Positions 18,575-27,204 of a DNA stretch of 36,622 nt are shown here, piece after piece. Location of the stretch: assembly GCF_028822885.1 (NCBI RefSeq), contig NZ_JAPKCP010000001.1, one strand, 5' to 3'. The DNA is from Yoonia sp. (lineage in GTDB: Bacteria; Pseudomonadota; Alphaproteobacteria; Rhodobacterales; Rhodobacteraceae). The notes under the pieces are model-generated. The model saw only the letters and a program-made list of their open reading frames with translations, was not told the origin of the DNA and did no database searches. A program made the position numbers and the translations under genes. Each line of letters opens with the position of its first letter. Position 1 is the first letter of the stretch.

Positions 18575-21061
18575 ATGGCGCTGATTTTCCGCTGGTTGAT
18601 GCGAATAATGACAGGGCTAATTGTCCTGTCTGTCACGGCGTTTGCTTTGACCTATTATTTCGCATCTAGGTCCCTGCCTATCTATAATGCGACTGAGGGC
18701 GTCGTGGGTATCGCGGCTCCAGTCGAGATCGTGCGCAATAACGCCAACGTGCCCCATATTTTTGGTGAAACCGACGCTGATGTGTATTTCGCGCTTGGCT
18801 ACGTACACGCCCAAGACCGGATGTGGCAAATGACGATGCTGCGCCGCACGGCCCAAGGACGCTTGTCAGAGTTGTTCGGTGAGCGGACGCTGCCGATAGA
18901 CAAACTGCTGCGTCACCTTGATTTATATAGGACTGCAACAGAGTCTGTCGCGGATCAGGACCCACAAACCACTGTCGCGCTTGAGGCCTATGCAGATGGC
19001 GTTAACGCTTGGTTTGGAAAGGTAAATGAGGGCGCTCGTGGGCGCGGTGCCCCTGAGATGTGGATGTTCAACCACGCAATTTCCCCTTGGCAACCAGCAG
19101 ACAGTATTGCGGTGATCAAATTGATGGCCTTGCAATTGTCGTCGCATATCGAAAATGAAGTTCTGCGCGCGCGCACGTCATTGTTGTTACCTTCTGAGCG
19201 TGTGGAAGACATCCTTGCCGACGACCCCAGTGATGGCACCGCAACGCTGCCTGAATACGCGCAACTGATCCCCAATGTCCCCCGATATGCAGCCAATACC
19301 CGCGCACCTTATGATCCGTTGTCGCCAGTGAAACCTGCACCATTGGCTGGTGCGTCTAACGCTTGGGCCGCTGGGCCAAGCAGGTCTGCAACAGGTGGCA
19401 CATTGCTTGCCAATGATCCTCACCTTGGCCTCACAGCGCCGACAATTTGGTATCTTGCGCGACTAGAGCTTTCGACTGGTGGTGTCATTGGTGGTACAAT
19501 CCCGGGCGTTCCTGCCATTATGACGGGCCGCAGCGACAGTCTCGGCTGGGGTATTACATCCAGTTATCTGGACGACCAAGATTTGTTCATTGAGGAAATC
19601 AATCCAAACAACAGCGATGAATATCGCACACCAAATGGTTGGGCCCCGTTTACCGCGCGTGACAGCATTATTAACGTCCGCGATAGTACTGCTGTGACAG
19701 TGCGGTTGCGTGCGACTGAGAATGGACCAGTTATACCCGGTGATCAGTTTGATCTTGCGACGATCACTCCTCCGGGCCATGTCACGTCACTGGGATGGAC
19801 GGCATTATCGCGTGATGACACCACCATGTCCGCAGCTATTTTACTGATGCAAGCCAAGACGGTAGATGACGCTTTTGAGGCGGCCGAGGGCTATATTGCC
19901 CCTTCGCAAAACCTGACTGTCGCTGATCGCACGCGTGTCGGCCTCAAAACGATTGGGGCAAACCCTGCCCGTACGCCGGACCATCAAAGTCAAGGGCGCC
20001 TGCCTAGCTTTGGGTATATCGACACAAATCGCTGGTATGGACGCCTGCCCTTTGCTGACAATCCTGAATTCATTGACCCACCGGGCGACATTCTGGGCAA
20101 TACCAACAACAAAACAACGAATAAGCCTTTCCCAAATCACGTGTCGTATGTCTGGGGTGACACACAGCGGATCAATCGCTGGCAGCGACTTATGCAGGCC
20201 CGTGAGCTTCACACACGCGAAAGTTTCATCGAGGCCCAGTTGGATACGGTGAGCTTTACGGCGCGATCACTTCTGCCCCTCATCGGTGCAGATCTTTGGT
20301 TTACCGGCGAACCAGCCACCGATGGATCGCCAGCCCACCGCCGCCAACAAGCACTAGAGCTTTTGGCAGCGTGGAACGGTGAGATGAACGAACACCTACC
20401 AGAGCCGCTGATTTATGCCGCTTGGCTGCGTGAGTTGCAGAAGCGTCTGACACGCGACGAACTTGGACCGCTGTCCTCAGAGTTTACACATGCAAACCCG
20501 CTATTTATCGAACGGGTCTATCGCAATATCGAAGGTGCATCTGTGTGGTGTGATGTAAAGCAGTCCGCGCCTGTAGAGACATGCACAGACATGTCACGCA
20601 AAGCCCTTGATGACGCGCTCATTTGGATCGACGAAAACCAAGGTACGACGATTGCGGCCCTGCGCTGGGGCGATGCCCATCAGGCAACACACGATCATCC
20701 CGTTCTTGGGAATGTCCCGCTGCTTGGTTGGTTTGTGAACATTCGCCAATCAACATCGGGCGGCGACAACACGTTGCAACGCGGCAAGACTTCCGGCACA
20801 GGTCCAAAACCGTTTCGAAACGTTCATGCCGCTGGATATCGTGGGGTCTACGACTTTGCCGATCCAGATAGTTCCGTGTTCGTCAGTGCAACGGGTCAAT
20901 CTGGGCATCCGTTGTCGCGATATTATGACAATCTTGGTGAGTTGTGGCGCCGTGGGGAATATATCCCGATGTCATTAGACCCCGCTTTGGCGCGCGCAGC
21001 GGCTGTCGGGACCACTGTCCTGACACCCTTAGCTGAGACGACCGAAACAGGATTGCGTTAG
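18575..21061 (+). CDS. Penicillin acylase family protein (peptidase S45, Ntn hydrolase)
   Basis: N-terminal hydrophobic anchor, VPHIFG, ALGYVHAQDRMWQM, catalytic GASNAWA, LANDPHL, GQSGHPLSRYYDN. Confidence 0.93.
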   Translation: MALIFRWLMRIMTGLIVLSVTAFALTYYFASRSLPIYNATEGVVGIAAPVEIVRNNANVPHIFGETDADVYFALGYVHAQDRMWQMTMLRRTAQGRLSELFGERTLPIDKLLRHLDLYRTATESVADQDPQTTVALEAYADGVNAWFGKVNEGARGRGAPEMWMFNHAISPWQPADSIAVIKLMALQLSSHIENEVLRARTSLLLPSERVEDILADDPSDGTATLPEYAQLIPNVPRYAANTRAPYDPLSPVKPAPLAGASNAWAAGPSRSATGGTLLANDPHLGLTAPTIWYLARLELSTGGVIGGTIPGVPAIMTGRSDSLGWGITSSYLDDQDLFIEEINPNNSDEYRTPNGWAPFTARDSIINVRDSTAVTVRLRATENGPVIPGDQFDLATITPPGHVTSLGWTALSRDDTTMSAAILLMQAKTVDDAFEAAEGYIAPSQNLTVADRTRVGLKTIGANPARTPDHQSQGRLPSFGYIDTNRWYGRLPFADNPEFIDPPGDILGNTNNKTTNKPFPNHVSYVWGDTQRINRWQRLMQARELHTRESFIEAQLDTVSFTARSLLPLIGADLWFTGEPATDGSPAHRRQQALELLAAWNGEMNEHLPEPLIYAAWLRELQKRLTRDELGPLSSEFTHANPLFIERVYRNIEGASVWCDVKQSAPVETCTDMSRKALDDALIWIDENQGTTIAALRWGDAHQATHDHPVLGNVPLLGWFVNIRQSTSGGDNTLQRGKTSGTGPKPFRNVHAAGYRGVYDFADPDSSVFVSATGQSGHPLSRYYDNLGELWRRGEYIPMSLDPALARAAAVGTTVLTPLAETTETGLR

Positions 21062-21269
21062 TTCTACGAATGGACCGGCGTAGGCAATCAAGACGTATCT
21101 ATCTTGCCCACCGAACAAACGAGATAAGCTTACAATTTTGATTGAAGCAGCTAAGGTCGACCTAATCCCGAGTTGTGCAGATGGAGCACTTTGTAAGGTG
21201 CAACATTGGATTCATCCAAAGATGATCATTTAGGACAAAATGAAGGTGCAGATTTTAGGAACTTCGCAA

Positions 21270-22544
21270 TTATAGACGCACAAATCGCTCTTTTTGCAGC
21301 GATGTCCAAAAGACCGTCATTGCATAACCATCATCTGTCTGTGCGTCGTCAGTCACAATGCCTTGCTCAAACAACCAAGCCCGTTCTCTGCCTTGTGCAA
21401 AACTAAGCGTTAACACCACTTCGGTACGCGGATCCTTGAGCTTACCAGCAAGATCATCAAGCAGCTCTTCCAAACCGTCACCAGTAATAGAGGACACTGC
21501 ATATAGCTCTTCTGTGCGGTCCGCCTTAGTTTTGATGGCCTCACGTGTGTCGTCATCAAGACGGTCAATCTTGTTCCAGACCTCAACCAGCGGTGATCCC
21601 TCAGCGACGCCAAGAGACTCAAGAATGAGCATAACATCCTTGGACTGTTCTTCAGATTGCGGGTGACTGATGTCGCGCACATGCACGATAAGATCCGCAT
21701 CAAGGACTTCTTCCAATGTCGCCCGGAAGGCTGCCACCAACTCTGTCGGCAAATCACTGATAAAACCAACGGTGTCGGACATGATGACATCATCACCAGA
21801 CGGAAGTGTAATTTTTCGCATCGTTGGGTCGAGTGTGGCGAACAGCATGTCCTTGGCAAAGACATCCGCACCAGTCAAACGGTTGAACAGCGTGGATTTA
21901 CCAGCGTTGGTATACCCAACAAGGGCGACAATAGGATATGGAACTTTTGCGCGCGCCGCACGGTGAAGTGTCCGGGTTTTGACAACCTTATCAAGGTTCT
22001 GGCGTAGAGTCTTCAACTGTAAATCGATAGCACGGCGATCTGATTCGACCTGTGTTTCACCAGGACCACCGACAAAACCGAGGCCACCACGTTGACGTTC
22101 AAGGTGGGTCCAAGCCCTCACAAGACGTGTCCGCTGATAGGATAGCGCCGCCATCTCAACCTGCAAAACGCCTTCTGCTGTGCGGGCGCGGTCGCTGAAA
22201 ATCTCAAGGATCAGACCAGTACGATCGAGGAGTTTTACGTCCCAAGCCTTTTCAAGGTTGCGTTGCTGGACGGGGCTGACGTGCCCATCGACAAGCACCA
22301 ATTCAACCTCTGCCGCCTGCATACGCTGCTTTAGTTCTTCAACTTTGCCTTTGCCGAAAAGCATACCGGCATTCATTTTAGGCAAGCGAATGACCTCGGC
22401 CCCAACAACCTCAAGATTTGGCATAGCAGCAGCAAGCGACACAGCTTCTTCCAAAGCGGGTTCCGCCAAGCGCCGATTATTGATAGTTTTTACATCTGGG
22501 TGAAGTACCCATGCCCGGGTGATAGGCTGGCCGAGTTCAAGCAA
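21270..22544 (-). CDS. hflX: GTPase HflX
   Basis: GPGETQ, G1 GYTNAGKST, LFATLDPT, DTVGF, NKID; follows hfq. Confidence 0.96.
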   Translation of the reverse strand: MLELGQPITRAWVLHPDVKTINNRRLAEPALEEAVSLAAAMPNLEVVGAEVIRLPKMNAGMLFGKGKVEELKQRMQAAEVELVLVDGHVSPVQQRNLEKAWDVKLLDRTGLILEIFSDRARTAEGVLQVEMAALSYQRTRLVRAWTHLERQRGGLGFVGGPGETQVESDRRAIDLQLKTLRQNLDKVVKTRTLHRAARAKVPYPIVALVGYTNAGKSTLFNRLTGADVFAKDMLFATLDPTMRKITLPSGDDVIMSDTVGFISDLPTELVAAFRATLEEVLDADLIVHVRDISHPQSEEQSKDVMLILESLGVAEGSPLVEVWNKIDRLDDDTREAIKTKADRTEELYAVSSITGDGLEELLDDLAGKLKDPRTEVVLTLSFAQGRERAWLFEQGIVTDDAQTDDGYAMTVFWTSLQKERFVRL

Positions 22545-22546
22545 AG

Positions 22547-22780
22547 TTATTCTTCACCTTCATAAAGGGAGATTGGCTGCGCTGGCATAATTGTAGAAAT
22601 AGCGCTTTTGTAAACCAATTGGGACTGACCATCGCGACGCAAAAGCACGCAAAAACTATCAAACCAAGTGATGACGCCCTGCAATTTGACACCGTTGACC
22701 AAAAAAATTGTGACCGGAACTTTAACTTTCCGAACGTGGTTTAGAAATGCATCTTGAAGATTCGCTTTATCGGAGGCCAT
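22547..22780 (-). CDS. hfq: RNA chaperone Hfq
   Basis: [31 protein letters not shown]m1/Sm2 motifs. Confidence 0.97.
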   Translation of the reverse strand: MASDKANLQDAFLNHVRKVKVPVTIFLVNGVKLQGVITWFDSFCVLLRRDGQSQLVYKSAISTIMPAQPISLYEGEE

Positions 22781-22896
22781 TGATGAACCCTTTTTTTATT
22801 ATTATAGCCGAAAACGGCAGTCACTTTTCCGCGTAAACACAGTATGTCCTGCGTCATCGTGATATTAAACCCCTGAAATGAAGGGCGTTGTAACGT

Positions 22897-24420
22897 TCAG
22901 GTCCGCCAAATCTCAGGATTAAATAATGCGATAATCGCCAGCGTCTCCAACCGTCCCAACACCATTGCCATAGCAAGAATGACTTTGGCGAGGTCTGGAA
23001 TGCCAGAATACGCAATTGGTGTCTCTGCGGCCACAATCGCCAATGGCCCTGTAGTGGAGAGTGCAGAAACGGCAAGAACCATCGCCGTTTCAAACTGTAC
23101 GCCAGTCAGCGACAACATAACCATAACCGCGGCGATGCTTACCGCAAAGAGCATAAAGAATATCCACGAAATATAGGCACCCTTGCGCCGAATGCGCCGC
23201 GCTTCGCGACCACCACCACCAATTGAGGATGGATGAACCAAGCGTTCCAGCTCGCGTTCACTATGGCGATAAAGCGCATACACGCGCAGCAATTTAATAC
23301 CGCCTGCTGTTGTTGCAACGCCGCCACCGATCAGCGCGAGGCCCGCAAGCAACAGGCCGGGTGTCGGCAACCCCGTCCAGTTTGTGGTCTCAACCCAGTC
23401 AGCGGATTCAAATCCAGTCGTCGTTAAAAACGATGCCACCGTGAACAGCGCGCCCCAAAGGGCCTGAAAGCTAGTGCCAAACTCTGTCTGGGTGCTGTCA
23501 TCCAGCACCGCAACAAAGTGGCGCAAGAACAAAAATATAGTCGCCAAAATGATAAGAGATACACCAATTTTAAACTCTGGGTCGCGATACCACGACCCTT
23601 CGTTTTCACCCGACAGGCCACTGCTATAAACCAAACGGCTGATCGCAATGATGAAGAAGCAAAAAACCAGTAGTTCCCCCCAAAAGCCAGACGCTGCGTA
23701 ATAGAACCCACCGATGGGTGTAATACCCGACGTCGAAAGCACCGCCATCGCATGGCACAAAGCAACATATGAATATTCGCCCAGCAACGTCAGTCCAGCC
23801 CATAATGCGACAGTGAGCACCACATAAATTGGTGTCAAACGCAGCGCAAAGCGGGTCATACGTTCACTTGCATCCATAACCCGCGTTTCTTGGGCCGCCC
23901 CAGACGTAGAGCCACGCCCCGCCAGAGATGTCGCGCGCACTTCGAATCCACCAAGATTCATTGGCGCAAAAATAGAGATAGCAGCAATCCAAACAAGCAA
24001 CCCGCCAAGCCAACCAACGATTGAACGCCACAAATGCAAAGCGGGCGTTAACCTATCGGCGTTATCATACAAAGTTGCACCGGTCGTCGTGAAGCTAGAC
24101 ACCATTTCGAACCAAGCGTTGAGTAAAGTTGTCGTTTCAACCGCTTCATAAAATGGAATCGCGAACATTAACGGGAGCACGGTGAAGGCTGCTAACAATG
24201 TCAAAAGCTGGCTGCGCGCCACATTTTTTGGCTGATATCCTGCCGTGGCTAACCCCATGACAAACGTGAGGGTCCCAAACAAAAGGAACCCATAAAAGAA
24301 GACCCGCATTGTGGTGTAGTCGCCTAACGAAAGCCCAAACGCTGACGGAACGATCATTGCAGCAGAGCCGATTCCCATTAAAACCACAAAGAATGGGACG
24401 TGGGTCTTCTTTTTGGACAT
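22897..24420 (-). CDS. trkH: Trk system potassium uptake membrane protein TrkH
   Basis: Four pore-loop motifs (FTTTGAT, LSTSGIT, LTTTGFE, LSTTGP), TAGGIKLLR, MVLGRLE; coupled to trkA (TGATG). Confidence 0.92.
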   Translation of the reverse strand: MSKKKTHVPFFVVLMGIGSAAMIVPSAFGLSLGDYTTMRVFFYGFLLFGTLTFVMGLATAGYQPKNVARSQLLTLLAAFTVLPLMFAIPFYEAVETTTLLNAWFEMVSSFTTTGATLYDNADRLTPALHLWRSIVGWLGGLLVWIAAISIFAPMNLGGFEVRATSLAGRGSTSGAAQETRVMDASERMTRFALRLTPIYVVLTVALWAGLTLLGEYSYVALCHAMAVLSTSGITPIGGFYYAASGFWGELLVFCFFIIAISRLVYSSGLSGENEGSWYRDPEFKIGVSLIILATIFLFLRHFVAVLDDSTQTEFGTSFQALWGALFTVASFLTTTGFESADWVETTNWTGLPTPGLLLAGLALIGGGVATTAGGIKLLRVYALYRHSERELERLVHPSSIGGGGREARRIRRKGAYISWIFFMLFAVSIAAVMVMLSLTGVQFETAMVLAVSALSTTGPLAIVAAETPIAYSGIPDLAKVILAMAMVLGRLETLAIIALFNPEIWRT

Positions 24421-25796
24421 CAGAAGAAATCAATTGTCACTTGCAGGAGCCGTTCAACTTCTGGCACGTCTGCTGACATTGCAAAAATCGAGATGACGTC
24501 GCCCTCTTCGATGCGGGTCTCTCCGTTAGGCTTCAACATTTTGTCGCCCTTTAAGACGCCACCAACCAAGACACCTTCTGGAAAGGCTATATCCCTAATT
24601 TTTTTGCCAGCGATAGACGACGTACTGAGGACTTGGGCTTCGATAACTTCTGCCTCGGCATCACCAATCGAATAGACGCCGCGCACTCGGCCGTGGCGAA
24701 TGTGCCGCAAGATTGAGGATACGGTCGTCGCACGCGGGTTGATATAGGCATCAACGTCAAGCGGTCCCATCAAAGGGATCAATGTCGGATCGTTGATCAG
24801 GCAAATCGCCATCTTGCAGCCCATCTCTTTGGCACGCACCGACGTCAGCAAGTTGGTTTTGTCGTCATCAGTTACCGCAAGAATGGCATCAGCTTTGCCA
24901 ATATTGGCTTCTTCTAACAAAGCAGAATCAAGCCCATCGCCATGCAAAACAATCGTACGATCCAAGGCGTCGGCGGCATGTTCTGCCACGGTTCGGTCCT
25001 TCTCAATGACTTTAACCCGAATGCGATCTGTCCGTTCCTCGAGCTGTTTGGCAACACCAAGACCAACATTGCCACCGCCCACGATGACAATCCGCTCTTG
25101 CTTGGCATGTGTTTTGCCGAAAATTTCCAGCGACCGTGTCAGGTCTTCGGTGTTGGTGAAGATATAACAATCATCACCCACAAAAACCTGATCACGCGGT
25201 GATGGCACGAACAAAACCCCGTCACGCCGTATCCCAACAACAATAGCGCGTAAGGTTGAAAAGAGGTCCGTAAGTTGCCGCAAAGGCGTATTAATGACTG
25301 GACAGTCCACATCAATATGAATGCCAATAAGCTGGGCTTTACCTTCAAGAAAGCTCTCTGTATCGAAAGCCGCTGGCGATGCTAACCGCTGCAAAGCGGC
25401 CTCAGCAACTTCCTTTTCTGGTGAAATCACAACATCGATGGGCATATGATCACGCCGGTAAAGATCAGTATAGATTGCCTCTAAGTAATTCTGTGCCCGT
25501 AAACGCGCGATTTTGCGCTGCACCGAAAAAACAGAATGCGCGACCTGACAGGTTACCATGTTCACTTCATCAGAATGCGTTGCCGCGATAATCATATCGG
25601 CGTCCCGCGCCCCTGCCCGGTCAAGCACATCTGGATAGCTAGCAAAACCTGCAATGCCTTGAACATCAAGCGTCTCAGTCGCGCGACGTACCAATTCTGG
25701 GTTATTATCAACGACAGTTACGTCATTGTTTTCCCGAGATAAGTGGCGGGCAATTTGCCAGCCAACTTGCCCGGCACCGCAGATAATTACTTTCAC
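24420..25796 (-). CDS. trkA: Trk system potassium transporter TrkA
   Basis: Two RCK/NAD-binding domains (ICGAGQVG, IVGGGNVG), SDEVNMVTC, VISPE. Confidence 0.96.
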   Translation of the reverse strand: MKVIICGAGQVGWQIARHLSRENNDVTVVDNNPELVRRATETLDVQGIAGFASYPDVLDRAGARDADMIIAATHSDEVNMVTCQVAHSVFSVQRKIARLRAQNYLEAIYTDLYRRDHMPIDVVISPEKEVAEAALQRLASPAAFDTESFLEGKAQLIGIHIDVDCPVINTPLRQLTDLFSTLRAIVVGIRRDGVLFVPSPRDQVFVGDDCYIFTNTEDLTRSLEIFGKTHAKQERIVIVGGGNVGLGVAKQLEERTDRIRVKVIEKDRTVAEHAADALDRTIVLHGDGLDSALLEEANIGKADAILAVTDDDKTNLLTSVRAKEMGCKMAICLINDPTLIPLMGPLDVDAYINPRATTVSSILRHIRHGRVRGVYSIGDAEAEVIEAQVLSTSSIAGKKIRDIAFPEGVLVGGVLKGDKMLKPNGETRIEEGDVISIFAMSADVPEVERLLQVTIDFF

Positions 25797-27196
25797 GGCG
25801 TTTCGCCCTCAAGATATGCCACCCGTGCACCCGCTTTTGATGTTGTGGCGACACCCAACGACTTTAATTTGCGATGCAATGCTGACCGTTCCATCCCCAC
25901 AAATGAAGCAGTCCGACTAATATTACCGCCAAAACGGTTAATTTGCGTGAGCAAGTATTCACGTTCAAACAGCTCTCTCGCTTCGCGCAGCGGCAATGTT
26001 GCAAGCCCACCGGACAAAACGATCCGGCCTTCATCAGCGGGGCCTTCGTCTGATGAGGGCAGCTCTTTTGCGCTGATGTCACTGTTGCTTTCGCCAAGAA
26101 TGAGAACCCGCTCTACGACATTTTTAAGCTGACGCACGTTACCCGGCCATTGCATCGTTTGGAGAAGCGCGCGGGCGTCCTCAGCCAAGGCACGCAGTGG
26201 CAGACCTTGCGCCTTGTTGAGCATTTCGATGAAATACTCTGCCAGAAGCGGAATATCCTCGCGGCGTTCTTCAAGGCTTGGTACGGCAATTGGGACAACG
26301 TTCAGGCGATGAAAAAGCTCTTCACGGAACACCCCTGCATCAATTTCGGTGGGCAAGTCTTTGGTAGTACTCGAAATAACACGCAAATCAACTTCAACAT
26401 TCTCAGTGCCACCAACGCGCTGGAACGTTTGGTCAACCAAAACACGCAGAATTTTCGATTGGGTCCCAAGTGGCATATCAGCGATCTCGTCAAAGTAGAT
26501 CACACCGCCATTTGCCTGTTCCAGCAACCCTTTTTCGACGCCTTTTGCTGGCGATTCACGACCAAACAACACTTCTTCCATACGATCAGGTTCAACAGAT
26601 GCAGACGTCACCGTCACGAAAGGCGCATCAGCACGGTTTGAATTGGTGTGGATATAACGTGCAGCAATTTCCTTGCCAGCACCTGCGGGGCCAGTCAACA
26701 TCACGCGACCATTCGATTTTGTCACTTTGTCGAGGTTGCCTTTCAACATGCGGAAGGCAGCGCTATCACCCAGCATGTCGGTATTACCTGCGTCGCCACG
26801 TCTCAGCGCGACGTTTTCACGACGCAAGCGCGATGTTTCCATTGCCCTGCGGACAACGACGAGCAGCTGATCGATGTTAAACGGTTTTTCAATGAAATCG
26901 TAAGCACCTTGCTTGATCGCAGCGACCGCAATCTCAATGTTACCGTGCCCTGAAATGATGACGACCGGTACGCCCGGATGGTCCCGCTTCACTGCTTTAA
27001 GTATGTCGATACCATCCATATTGCTGTCTTTGAGCCAAATATCGAGGATCATAAGTGCCGGTGCCTCAGCCTCAATCTGAGCCATGCAGTCATCAGATGT
27101 ACCTGCAAGTCTTGTCGTAAAGCCTTCGTCGATCAGGATATCCGAAATAAGCTCTCGGATATCGCGTTCATCATCAGTAATCAGAATATCGCCCAT
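25793..27196 (-). CDS. ntrX: Response regulator NtrX (REC-AAA+-Fis HTH)
   Basis: REC (ILDIWL, ISGHG, FIEKPF), Walker [42 protein letters not shown] 27196 with GAGGGA RBS; follows ntrY. Confidence 0.92.
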   Translation of the reverse strand: MGDILITDDERDIRELISDILIDEGFTTRLAGTSDDCMAQIEAEAPALMILDIWLKDSNMDGIDILKAVKRDHPGVPVVIISGHGNIEIAVAAIKQGAYDFIEKPFNIDQLLVVVRRAMETSRLRRENVALRRGDAGNTDMLGDSAAFRMLKGNLDKVTKSNGRVMLTGPAGAGKEIAARYIHTNSNRADAPFVTVTSASVEPDRMEEVLFGRESPAKGVEKGLLEQANGGVIYFDEIADMPLGTQSKILRVLVDQTFQRVGGTENVEVDLRVISSTTKDLPTEIDAGVFREELFHRLNVVPIAVPSLEERREDIPLLAEYFIEMLNKAQGLPLRALAEDARALLQTMQWPGNVRQLKNVVERVLILGESNSDISAKELPSSDEGPADEGRIVLSGGLATLPLREARELFEREYLLTQINRFGGNISRTASFVGMERSALHRKLKSLGVATTSKAGARVAYLEGETP

Positions 27197-27204
27197 GTGT
27201 TCCC

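Noticed and set aside
17971..18636. Long alternative ORFs, e.g. 17971-18636(-), 27542-28168(+), 29167-29832(+), 35370-35687(+)
   Set aside because: Antisense or out-of-frame shadows of well-supported genes, with no recognisable motifs.
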